Assembly: GCA_963709345.1 (NCBI GenBank)
Contig: CAVPVX010000004.1
Coordinates: forward strand, 1-64,000
DNA from: an uncultured Actinomycetes bacterium
Lineage (GTDB): Bacteria > Actinomycetota > Thermoleophilia > UBA2241
Direction: 5' to 3'
DNA length: 64,000 nt
Position numbers and translations under genes: made by a program. Shown piece by piece: positions 38,676 through 47,664 of this stretch (its first letter is position 1; the number at the start of each line of letters is the position of its first letter). The notes under the pieces were generated by a model. The model saw nothing but the letters and a program-made list of their open reading frames with translations, did not search any database and was not told the DNA's origin.

Positions 38676-39860
38676 TCAGTCTCTCGCCTGGGCGACCTCG
38701 CGTCCAGTCCCGGACGTACCGCCGCCCCTCCGCCTCCACCGGCTCGTCGACAGCGCGAGCAGAAGGCACGCGGATACGGCGATGACCAGGAGGAAGGGTA
38801 GAGGATACGAAGCGCGATAGAGAAGACCTCCAAGTATCGCGCCTCCGGCCATCGGGATGCCCATCACGGTGTCGAAGATGGCGTAGCCCCAGGCGAGCGG
38901 CATGCCTTCGAAGGAATCCCCGACGATTCCCGCCGCCACGAAGCGCAGGGATTCGAAGGCTCCACAGAACAGCATGGCGATGCCCCAGACGATGGGGTTC
39001 CATCCCGCCAGCAGAAGTACCGTGCCGGCAAGCAGGAAGAGAAGTACGCCCCCGATGCCCGTCCGCGGCCCGTGCCTGTCCGTGATGCGGCCCATGACGG
39101 GTGTGAGAATGGTCGCGCCCAGGGCCGCGAGCGCCGAGTAGACCCCGAGGGCCGCATACCCCTGGCCATGTACCTGTGAGAGGTAGGGATTGAGAAAGGC
39201 CTGGCCGACGTACACGGCGAGGAACCCCGCGACGAAGAACGCGAGGTAGCGGCGGAAGCGCCGGTTGCGCCGGAGGGCGGCAAGGCTGAGCGGGGCGTTC
39301 GCGCCATGGTAGGGCGTGTCGCGGATCAGGCTCACGACGGATGACGAGACGACGTACATGACCAGTGACAGAAGGAAGACGCTGCGCATGCCGTACCGAT
39401 CGGCGAGAAGCCCACCGGCGAGCGGCGCGACGATCAGGCCGAGGGGGTACGCGCCGAAGATGATCGTGAGGTTGCCGGCCACGCGAGCCGGTTCGGACTT
39501 GAGGTAGACGTACGCCTTGATGGCGGGGTTGTTCGCCATGTACACGCCCGAGATGAGGAGGCCGGGGATGAGCCACGGCCAGCTCGGCGCCAGCAGGAAG
39601 CAGAGGGCGGCCGGCACCGTGAGCCACCAGGTGGCGACGATGACCGGCTTCAGCCGGAAGCGCCGGGCGGCCCAGGCGCCGGGCATGTTCACGAGCGCCG
39701 TCGTTGCCAGCATGACGGCGCTGAGGACGCCGAGTGTGCCTCGCGGCGCGCCCAGGTCGAGTGCGTAGACGAAGAGTAGCGGCATGTACATGCCGAGGCC
39801 GAGGCCGAAGACGAGGGCGGCGATGAACATCAGCTTCATGTCGCGGTCGAGGTGCTGCAT
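38676..39860 (-). CDS. MFS transporter
   Basis: About 12 TM helices; GGLLADRYGMR and GRITDRHGPR motif-A copies. Confidence 0.9.
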   Translation of the reverse strand: MQHLDRDMKLMFIAALVFGLGLGMYMPLLFVYALDLGAPRGTLGVLSAVMLATTALVNMPGAWAARRFRLKPVIVATWWLTVPAALCFLLAPSWPWLIPGLLISGVYMANNPAIKAYVYLKSEPARVAGNLTIIFGAYPLGLIVAPLAGGLLADRYGMRSVFLLSLVMYVVSSSVVSLIRDTPYHGANAPLSLAALRRNRRFRRYLAFFVAGFLAVYVGQAFLNPYLSQVHGQGYAALGVYSALAALGATILTPVMGRITDRHGPRTGIGGVLLFLLAGTVLLLAGWNPIVWGIAMLFCGAFESLRFVAAGIVGDSFEGMPLAWGYAIFDTVMGIPMAGGAILGGLLYRASYPLPFLLVIAVSACLLLALSTSRWRRRGGGTSGTGREVAQARD

Positions 39861-40140
39861 GCCGGCGCCGACCCCTCGGTGAGATTCTCTCGGGCGGCCC
39901 GGATTCTACGCGGAGATGGGGCACGGGGCATCCGCGGTCGGCCCCGCTCCCTTCGCGGACGCCGAGGAGGACGCCGCCCCACAGGTGAACGACGCGGCCG
40001 GACTCCTCCCCGGCCGTACTGCCTCCGGGCGCGACCCGCGACCCGCCGTGGTTGAGAACCGCCCCGGGTTGCGCCAAGCTGGCAGGGACCCGGCTTGGAC
40101 GGCTTGCGCCGGCGACCGGTCCTTCAGATGTGAGGAGACG

Positions 40141-40941
40141 ATGATGCAGCTCGGCGGCATGGCTTTGAGAGACGGCGTGCTTCTGCAGAGTGACGGGTTC
40201 TGGGCGGCTGCGGTGCGGCAGCCGGACGGCAGTGTGAAGGTCGTCTCGGGCGCGAAGCGCCGGATGCCGGCTCGCGAGGCTTTGCAGCGGCTGCCCGTCG
40301 TCCGTGGCCTGGCCCGTCTCGGTGAGGCGCTGGCGGTCCTGCCGGCCGTGCGCCGGGAGACAGGCGGCCCCGTGCTGCCGCAGGAGGATCCACGGCTCTT
40401 GGCCGCGACCGCCGTCAGTGCCGCCGCCACCGTCGCGCTGCGTACCGTCAGGGGCGGTTCGCCGGTGCTCAAGGAACTCGCTGCCGTGGGCATCGGTCTG
40501 GCGCCGGTCCTTCTGGCCATGCGCGATTCGCGCCTGGCCAGGTACCACGGCGCGGAGCACAAGAGCGTCGCCGCGTACGAAGGGGGTCTGGAGCCGGCTG
40601 CCGCCGGCAAGGAGCACGCCCGCTGCGGCTCCAACCTCATCGCGCCGATGGTCGTCACCAGCGTCGCCACCAATCTGGTGCTGCGCGCCGCCGGCAAGGA
40701 GCGAGCCCCCGTAGCCACGTTCGTCGCCGGGCTCGTGAGCATCGGAACGGCGATGGAGCTCTTCTCGTGGATGGCGCGCCACCAGGACCACCCCCTGGCG
40801 CGTGTCCTTCGCCGGCCCGGCGTCGAGCTGCAGCGCCAGTTCACGACCAGTGAGCCGTCGGCGGAGCAGCTCGACGTGGCAGATCTGGCGTTGCAGGAGT
40901 TGCTACGGCTCGAGGACGGGGCTTCGGCCGCCGGCGCCTGA
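40141..40941 (+). CDS. DUF1385-family protein
   Basis: LGGMALRDGV, LPVVRGL, YHGAEHK, HARCGSN and QRQFTTSEP motifs. Confidence 0.85.
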   Translation: MMQLGGMALRDGVLLQSDGFWAAAVRQPDGSVKVVSGAKRRMPAREALQRLPVVRGLARLGEALAVLPAVRRETGGPVLPQEDPRLLAATAVSAAATVALRTVRGGSPVLKELAAVGIGLAPVLLAMRDSRLARYHGAEHKSVAAYEGGLEPAAAGKEHARCGSNLIAPMVVTSVATNLVLRAAGKERAPVATFVAGLVSIGTAMELFSWMARHQDHPLARVLRRPGVELQRQFTTSEPSAEQLDVADLALQELLRLEDGASAAGA

Positions 40942-40969
40942 TGCCGGCGGGCCGGGTCCGAGGCGTCGC

Positions 40970-41449
40970 TCAGTCGGAGGGCTCGCGTTCGGCGAGCCGC
41001 TTGCGGCGCCGCTCCCGGGCTTCGTCGAACCAGTGGCGCTGTTGGTCGGTCTCCGGCGTCAGTTGCGGCACGGGGATGGGTCTGCCGCTGTCGCTCAGCG
41101 CCACGAACACAAGGTAGGCGGAGTTCGTGTGCGTGGCCATCCCGGTGGTGAGATCCTCCGCTTCGACGCGCACGCCGACCTCGACGGACCTGGTGCCGGT
41201 GTAGTTGACGTTGGCCATGAGTCGCACGAGGTTGCCCACGCGCACCGGATGGTGGAAGTCGATGCGGTCGATGGCCGCCGTAACGACCCGGGTGCGGCAG
41301 AAGCGGAAGGCGCAGGCGCCGGCGGCCTCGTCGATGAGCTTCATCATGATCCCGCCGTGGATGTTGCCCATGAAGTTGGCGTCGGCGGGCTGCATCAGGT
41401 GGGTGAGCATGAGACTGGTCTCGCTGCCGCGCGGCAGTGGTTCGTTCAT
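40970..41449 (-). CDS. Hotdog-fold acyl-CoA thioesterase
   Basis: DANFMGNIHGG, RVVTAAID, TGTRSVEV and AYLVFVAL motifs. Confidence 0.92.
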   Translation of the reverse strand: MNEPLPRGSETSLMLTHLMQPADANFMGNIHGGIMMKLIDEAAGACAFRFCRTRVVTAAIDRIDFHHPVRVGNLVRLMANVNYTGTRSVEVGVRVEAEDLTTGMATHTNSAYLVFVALSDSGRPIPVPQLTPETDQQRHWFDEARERRRKRLAEREPSD

Positions 41450-41473
41450 GGGGTCACCTGGCGAGTAGGAAGG

Positions 41474-41671
41474 TCAGATGTCGAGAGCGCCGGGTGAGCG
41501 CCGACGACGGCGGTCGCGGGTGCTGCGCTCGCCGCCACCCTTGCGCTCGGTGCGACGCTCGCCGTGACGGCGGTCCAGGATGACCTTGACGTTCGGATTG
41601 TCCCGGTAGTGCTCAACGAGCCGGCGAAACGCCTCTTCACCGAGCTCCGGTGGTACGACGCAGTAGATCAC
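41474..41671 (-). CDS. Small Arg-rich protein with [D/E]RR repeats
   Basis: GGGAG RBS before GTG 41671; MIYCVVPPELGEEAFRRLVEHYRDNPNVKVILDRRHGERR...RDRRRR. Confidence 0.7.
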   Translation of the reverse strand: MIYCVVPPELGEEAFRRLVEHYRDNPNVKVILDRRHGERRTERKGGGERSTRDRRRRRSPGALDI

Positions 41672-41749
41672 GGCGGTCTCCCGGTTGCCCGCGGCCAACG
41701 GTAGCACATGCCCGAGACCCCGACCACTGCTCGGGAGAGGTGGATGGAA

Positions 41750-41785
41750 AGGGCCGGAGCCGACCGTTTCGTCAGCTCCGGCCCT
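41750..41785 (-). terminator. Strong leader hairpin (terminator-like)
   Basis: AGGGCCGGAGC-T-GAC/GAAACG/GTC-G-GCTCCGGCCCT followed by TTCC; the U-G wobble forms only on the minus strand. Confidence 0.6.
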
Positions 41786-41807
41786 CTGAAGGGGGTACCG
41801 CTAAGGA

Positions 41808-41835
41808 GTATCGGCAACGGGCCACGGGAGCTTGA
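41808..41835 (-). promoter_or_regulatory. Sigma28 (FliA/WhiG)-type promoter candidate
   Basis: TCAA-N16-GCCGATAC. Confidence 0.6.
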
Positions 41836-41972
41836 GGCCCCATGTGGGGATCGTGCGGCCTGGCGCGGAGCGGCCGGCCTCCGTGATTGGGCGCCGTCTC
41901 GCGGGCCGCCCGCCGCGTGTTCCGCGTCTGGTAAGCTACCGTGACCGCGTGGTCGCGAGTCAGGGAGTATGC

Positions 41973-42125
41973 GTGTTCCCGTACTACGATGACATCGTCA
42001 CTGCCGTGCCCGAGTACGACCGGTATCTCGGACTCACCGCGCTCGAGGCGTCCACGGACAGGCTGACCGCGCTCCATGCCGGCAAGCGCGCCGGGCGCGA
42101 CCGAGTCGTGGTGGGTGGCCGGTGA
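41973..42125 (+). pseudogene. Chimeric deletion remnant ending in a GGDEF C-terminus
   Basis: AGGGAG RBS and GTG; ends ALHAGKRAGRDRVV, versus ALYVAKRAGKDRVE in the next gene. Confidence 0.55.
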
Positions 42126-42156
42126 GCCGTCGTGCCGGCCGGGAGGGTCGGCGCCG

Positions 42157-44337
42157 ATGAGCCGGCGCCGCGAGCAAGGGGAGGCGTTCGCCCTCGCATC
42201 GGACCTGAGACTGGCCATCGCCGCGAGCCCGGGCCTGGGGGAGATGCTGTCCGTGATCGCGCGTCGCGTCACCGAGACGCTCGGCGTATCCGAGTGCGAC
42301 ATCTACGAATACCGGCCGGAGGCGGGCGCGCTTGTGGCCACCGCGCTTTGGACGGCCGAGTCCGACGCCAGGGATGCCGAGTGGCTCGGCAGCGCGTTCG
42401 CGGTCTCCGGCCGCCCGAGCTACGAGCGTCTGCTGGCGGAGCGCACCATCCGCCAGCACCACGTTGACGACCTCGAGACGCCGGCGCAAGACAGGGAGAT
42501 CATGGAGCGCTGGGGCGAGAAGAGCGTGCTGTCGGTGCCGCTCCTGTTCCAGGACGCCGTCATCGGCGCCCTCACGCTCGTCGAGAAGCGCGCACCACGG
42601 CGGTTCACGGACGACGAGGTGAGCCTGCTCGAGCTGCTTGCTGTGCCGGCCGCGGTGGCCGTCAACAACGCACGCATGTTCCGGCGCGAGGCGGAACAGA
42701 GCCGCCGCCTGGGAGCGCTTCTCAGCGCCAGCCGCGTGATGACCTCGACCATCGACCTCGACCGGCTCCTCGCGACCATCACCCGGGCCGCGCGCGAGGC
42801 TCTGGACACCGCTGAGTGCGCGATCAACACGTACGACGCGGAAGCGGAAGAGCTGACCGTCGTTTCTCTGGACCAGCGTGAGCCGGAGCCTGAGGGAGAG
42901 CGCTGGATCGGCAGGACGTACAGCCTTGCCGACTTCCCCGCCGACCGCGAGATCCTCTACGGCGGCAGGCTCGTCGAGGAGAGGGTCTCCGACCCGGAGA
43001 CGGACGAGCGCAACAGGGCCGACATGCTGAGGAACGGCGAGACGAGCTTCCTCAGCGTCCCGCTCGTGTACGAGGGCCGGCCGACCGGCCTGCTCGTGTT
43101 CATCGAGACCGACGTCGAGCGGCGCTTCGCCGAGGAGGAGCGCGGCCTGGCCGCCGCCCTGGGAGAGCAGGCGGCGGCGGCCATCCACCACGCCCAGCTC
43201 ATGCGTGAGGCCGAGACCCAGAACCGGCGGCTCGCGCTGCTCCTCGAGTCGACCCGGGCGATCAGCTCGAGCGTCGACCTGGAGGACGTGCTCAACACGG
43301 TGGCCCGGACGGCTGGCGAGCTGCTCGGCAGCGAGGAATGCCAGATCCAGGAGTACGACCGCGCCGCGAACACGGTGAAGCCCGTCGCGCTCTGGCAACG
43401 CCGACCAGACGAGCTCTCGCCGCAGAGCCTCGGCCAGACCTTCTCGCTCGATGACGAGCCGGCCGAGCACGACTTCCTCGGGGCCTGCGAGGTGCTCGAG
43501 CAGCGGTACTCCGACCCGGATCTGCCGGAGACCACGCGGGAGGCCTTCGAACGCTTCGGCGACCGCGCCTACCTGAACGTGCCGCTCGTCTTCAACGGCG
43601 GGCCGGTGGGCGTCCTGGTCCTGGTCGAAAAGGAACAGGAGCGGCGTTGGACGAACGACGAGGTGGCGCTGGCGCAGGGACTTGCCGAGCAGGCGGCAGT
43701 CGCCATCGAGCACGCCCGCCTGTACAAGCGGGTACAGGACCAGGCGGTCACCGATGGGCTCACCGGGCTGTTCAACCACCGCTACTTCTACGAGCGTCTC
43801 GACCAGGAGATCGCCCGAGCCCGGCGCTATGGCACCCCCGTCTCGCTGCTCATGATCGACCTGGACGACTTCAAGGCGTTCAACGACCGGAACGGCCACG
43901 TTGCCGGCGACGCGGTGCTGCGCACCCTGGCCGCCGTGTTGCGCTCCGAGCTACGGCAGAATCTCGACATCGCCGCTCGCTACGGCGGGGAGGAGTTCGC
44001 CGTGATCCTCCCCAACACACCGGTCGACGGTGCGTCGGAGGCGCAGATGGAGATGGATCTCACCGGCAGGATCGTTGAGGGCGGCCGCGGCGGTGACCCG
44101 CCGCCCCCCGGGCATCGCGAAGGCGCGGAGCTTGTCGCCGAGCGCATTCGCCGGCGCATCGCCTCGACCCGGTTCGCGGGCGCCGGCGGGGACATCCTGC
44201 CCGGCCTCACGGTGAGCATCGGCGTCGCCGTCTTCCCGGGGCGCACCACGCAGCCGGAGAGCCTTGTGGGGCACGCCGACGCGGCGCTCTACGTGGCGAA
44301 GCGCGCCGGCAAGGACCGCGTGGAGACGTATGGATGA
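42157..44337 (+). CDS. Diguanylate cyclase with three GAF domains
   Basis: Three GAF repeats (LSVPL...G.L); TDGLTGLFN, DLDDFKAFND..GH..GD and RYGGEEF motifs. Confidence 0.93.
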   Translation: MSRRREQGEAFALASDLRLAIAASPGLGEMLSVIARRVTETLGVSECDIYEYRPEAGALVATALWTAESDARDAEWLGSAFAVSGRPSYERLLAERTIRQHHVDDLETPAQDREIMERWGEKSVLSVPLLFQDAVIGALTLVEKRAPRRFTDDEVSLLELLAVPAAVAVNNARMFRREAEQSRRLGALLSASRVMTSTIDLDRLLATITRAAREALDTAECAINTYDAEAEELTVVSLDQREPEPEGERWIGRTYSLADFPADREILYGGRLVEERVSDPETDERNRADMLRNGETSFLSVPLVYEGRPTGLLVFIETDVERRFAEEERGLAAALGEQAAAAIHHAQLMREAETQNRRLALLLESTRAISSSVDLEDVLNTVARTAGELLGSEECQIQEYDRAANTVKPVALWQRRPDELSPQSLGQTFSLDDEPAEHDFLGACEVLEQRYSDPDLPETTREAFERFGDRAYLNVPLVFNGGPVGVLVLVEKEQERRWTNDEVALAQGLAEQAAVAIEHARLYKRVQDQAVTDGLTGLFNHRYFYERLDQEIARARRYGTPVSLLMIDLDDFKAFNDRNGHVAGDAVLRTLAAVLRSELRQNLDIAARYGGEEFAVILPNTPVDGASEAQMEMDLTGRIVEGGRGGDPPPPGHREGAELVAERIRRRIASTRFAGAGGDILPGLTVSIGVAVFPGRTTQPESLVGHADAALYVAKRAGKDRVETYG

Positions 44338-45913
44338 GCGCGCCGGGATGAAGCGCGTCGGCGGATCGCTCGCGGGCGCAGTGCCCGGGCGTGAGGCCGG
44401 CGACCTCCTGACCGCGGTCGTCGCGACTGTCGGCGATTCGCTCGACGTCTGGTCAGTCGACCTGTGGACCTTCAGTCGCGACGCCGACACGCTCGTGTGT
44501 CGCGCCTACTGGTGCCGTGACGGCGCCGCCGCCGGGTGTCTCGGCGCGGTCGTCGCCCTCGACCAGAGCCACGACCTTCGTCGGCTGGTGCTGGCGGCCG
44601 AATCCGTGGAGCGGCACGTCGACGACGATCTGTCTCCCGCGGACGCGGCCGCGCTGACGCAGCGCGGCTATACGACCCGCATCGATCTGCCGCTGCTGGC
44701 CGGCGCCGAAGTGCTCGGCGTGCTGAGCCTCGCCGAGACGCGGTCGGTGCGGCGCCTCTCGGACGCCGACCGAAGCCGGCTCCAGGCGCTGGCCCGGCTC
44801 GCCGCGGTCGTGATCCGCACGACTGAGCTGTACGAGGCGGAGTCCGACCGCGGGCGTCGGCTCGTGGCCTTGCTTGATGCGGGCCGTGGCATGGCGTCCA
44901 CGCTCGAGGTCAGGGCGATGGTCGCTGCTATCCGGGGCGAGGCTGCCAGTCTCCTCCCGGGAGCGCCGTGCGAGGCGGACGTGGTTCTGCGGCAGGACGA
45001 CGGCTCGTACGCGCGTGTTGCGGCGAGCGATGTGGGCGACCGCCCGGGCGCCGCCGGGTGGCGCGCCGACGCTCTGGCTCGTCAGGCCGTCGACCTGCGG
45101 CGCCCGGAGCAGGATCGGACGAGCGACGGGCGGGCTCGCCTGCTCTTGCCGCTGGTCGCCGCGGGTCGAGCGCTCGGCTATCTCGAGCTGACGGCAGCGC
45201 TTGAGCGCCGGTATCGGGAGCGCGAGGTGGAGCTGGCCATGCTCCTCGCGGACCAGGCGTCGGGCGCTCTCGAGAACGCTCGCGCCTATCGCGCCGTCGA
45301 GAACCGCTCGGCGACCGACACGCTCACCGGCGTGTACAGCCGCTGGTACTTCTACGAGCGGCTGTACGCCGAGGTCGCCCGGTCTCGCCGCTACCACCAG
45401 CCGTTGTCGCTCGTCGTCGCCGAGCTGGACGGATACGACGACCTCGTGACCGACCGCGGCGCCGGAGTCCGCGACGCGGTGCTCGTCGCGATCGCGCGTC
45501 TGCTGGTCAACAGCCTTCGCCAGAAAGTCGATGTGGCGTGCCGGCTGGGAGGAGGCCGATTCGGGCTGCTCCTGCCCGCCACGCTGCATGGGCCGGGGGG
45601 CGCCGGACTGGTGGCGGAGCGCGTGCGGCGGACCGTCGACGAGACGCGACTGGTCGACGACGACCTGGGGCCGCTGGGCCGCTTCACCATGAGCCTCGGG
45701 GTCGCCGGCTACCCCGGCGATGCGGACGATGCGGACGAGTTGGCGGCGTCAGCTGAGGAGATGCTCGGGCGGGCGCGCGCTGCCGGCGGCGACAGGGTGG
45801 AGCCGCCGTTGCCGGAGCCCGAGGAAGAGGCTCTCGAGGATCAAGCTCCCGATGCGGAGGGGCAGGCGGGCGCGGACGAGGGCGCGGACGCACCCGGCGG
45901 CGGCGCTAGCTAG
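44330..45913 (+). CDS. GAF-GAF-GGDEF protein with degenerate active site
   Basis: TDTLTGVYS, ELDGYDDL and RLGGGRF; overlaps the upstream DGC stop. Confidence 0.88.
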   Translation: MDERAGMKRVGGSLAGAVPGREAGDLLTAVVATVGDSLDVWSVDLWTFSRDADTLVCRAYWCRDGAAAGCLGAVVALDQSHDLRRLVLAAESVERHVDDDLSPADAAALTQRGYTTRIDLPLLAGAEVLGVLSLAETRSVRRLSDADRSRLQALARLAAVVIRTTELYEAESDRGRRLVALLDAGRGMASTLEVRAMVAAIRGEAASLLPGAPCEADVVLRQDDGSYARVAASDVGDRPGAAGWRADALARQAVDLRRPEQDRTSDGRARLLLPLVAAGRALGYLELTAALERRYREREVELAMLLADQASGALENARAYRAVENRSATDTLTGVYSRWYFYERLYAEVARSRRYHQPLSLVVAELDGYDDLVTDRGAGVRDAVLVAIARLLVNSLRQKVDVACRLGGGRFGLLLPATLHGPGGAGLVAERVRRTVDETRLVDDDLGPLGRFTMSLGVAGYPGDADDADELAASAEEMLGRARAAGGDRVEPPLPEPEEEALEDQAPDAEGQAGADEGADAPGGGAS

Positions 45914-47664
45914 ACTCGGCCCAGCGCGGAGAGCGTGTCGAGCATCGCAGGGTCGCCGCCGAGCACCTGCGTCGCGGCGCCTTCGACGCGCGCCGCCATG
46001 GCGTCGACGAAGTACTGCGTCACCAGGAGCTTGCGCGCGTCGTGCTGCGCCGCCCGCAGCAGGAGATAGCCACAGACCACGTCGATGCTCATGTCGGTGA
46101 GGCGGCGGGCGTGGAAGTCGCGGAAGCGCACGTCGTCGAGCTCGCGCACACGGGCGATCGCCTCGGCGAGGCGCGCGCGGGCGTGCCTCACGCGCGCGAG
46201 CAGCTCCGGTGTCGCCGAGAAGTCCTCGGAGTCGTACGCGTCGAGCCGGCCGGCCAGCGTGCCGCCGAGGATCGCGCCGATGGCGGCCACGACCTGCAGC
46301 TGCGTCGTGCCCTCGTAGATGTTGGTGATGCGCGCGTCTCGCGCGTGACGCTCCACGGCGAAGTCGCGCATGTAGCCCGACCCGCCATGCACCTGGAGCG
46401 AGTCGTAAGCGACCGTGTTGGCCATCTCCGTGCAGCAGGCCTTGGCGAGCGGGGTGAACAGCGCGGCGAGGCGCGTGTACTGCCTGAGCTCGCCGCGCAA
46501 CGCCTTGACGTCGGTCTCGGGGCCGGCCGGCGAGGCTTCGCCGGCCTTCGTTGTCGCCTGGACCTGCGCGATGCGGTGCTCGAGCACTTCCTTCAGGTCG
46601 ACGATGAGCGCCGTCTCGTAGAGCAGGGCGCGCGCAGCTTCGACGGAGACCGTCATGTCGGCGAGCATCGCCTTGACGGCGGTGAGGTCGCCGATGGGCG
46701 CCCCGAACTGGACGCGCTCGCCGGCGTACTTGACGGCCGCCCGGTACGCCGCCTCGGCGATTCCCTGCGCCTGCGCGGCGATCGCCAGGCGGGCGCCGTT
46801 CATCAGGCTCATGACGTACGTGGTGAGGCCGCGGCGGCGCTCGCCGATGAGCAGCGCCGGTGCGTCGTCGAACTGCAGCTCACAGGTCGGCGAGCCGTGG
46901 ATGCCGAGCTTGTCCTCGAGTCGGCGGATGCGCATGTGCTCGTCGCGCTCGTAGAGGAACATGCTGAGCCCGCGGGCGTCGGTCGTGCCCTCTTCGGAGC
47001 GCGCCAGGACGAGGCTGATCTGGCCGCAGCCGTTGGTGATGAAGCGCTTGACTCCGCTCAGACGCCAGGTGCCGTCCGGCTGCTCCGTGGCCTTGAGCTG
47101 GACGTTCTGCAGGTCGCTGCCGGCTTCGGGCTCGGTGAGCGCCATGCTGCCGGTGACCTCGCCGCTGGCGAAGCGCGGCAGGTACGCCGCCTTCATCTGG
47201 TCGCCCGCGAACTTGTTCACGGTCTCGCTGATGTCCTGAAGGCCGAAGATGTTCATGAGCGAGGGGTCGGCGCGGCTCACCATCTCGACGATCATCACGC
47301 TGATCGAGATAGGGAAGTTGAGGCCGCCGTACTCTCGGGGGAGGGTGATGCCCAGGAGATCTGCCTGCTTGAGGCGCTCGAGACCCTGGGCGATGCCCGG
47401 CGCGTAGCAGACCTCGCCCTCGATGAGCTCACTGCCGGCACGGTCGGCGTCTTCGGCGCGCGGCTCGATGTAGTCCCCGGAGATCTCGCCGGCGATGCCC
47501 AGCGTGCGCTCGTACGAGTCGATCGCGTCCTCGAAGTCCTTCGGCGCGTAGGCGAAGTCGTCCGCCTGGCGGTAGTCGTCCTCGCGCAGGCGCACCACGC
47601 GAGCCAGGTCGAGCCGCCGAAGGGTCGCCTGGAGGTCCGGGTTGTCGCTGTAGAAGTCGGTCAC
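45910..47664 (-). CDS. Acyl-CoA dehydrogenase
   Basis: MALTEPEAGSDL, GVKRFIT, KLGIHGSPTCE, QVHGGSGY and TNIYEGT motifs. Confidence 0.93.
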   Translation of the reverse strand: MTDFYSDNPDLQATLRRLDLARVVRLREDDYRQADDFAYAPKDFEDAIDSYERTLGIAGEISGDYIEPRAEDADRAGSELIEGEVCYAPGIAQGLERLKQADLLGITLPREYGGLNFPISISVMIVEMVSRADPSLMNIFGLQDISETVNKFAGDQMKAAYLPRFASGEVTGSMALTEPEAGSDLQNVQLKATEQPDGTWRLSGVKRFITNGCGQISLVLARSEEGTTDARGLSMFLYERDEHMRIRRLEDKLGIHGSPTCELQFDDAPALLIGERRRGLTTYVMSLMNGARLAIAAQAQGIAEAAYRAAVKYAGERVQFGAPIGDLTAVKAMLADMTVSVEAARALLYETALIVDLKEVLEHRIAQVQATTKAGEASPAGPETDVKALRGELRQYTRLAALFTPLAKACCTEMANTVAYDSLQVHGGSGYMRDFAVERHARDARITNIYEGTTQLQVVAAIGAILGGTLAGRLDAYDSEDFSATPELLARVRHARARLAEAIARVRELDDVRFRDFHARRLTDMSIDVVCGYLLLRAAQHDARKLLVTQYFVDAMAARVEGAATQVLGGDPAMLDTLSALGRV

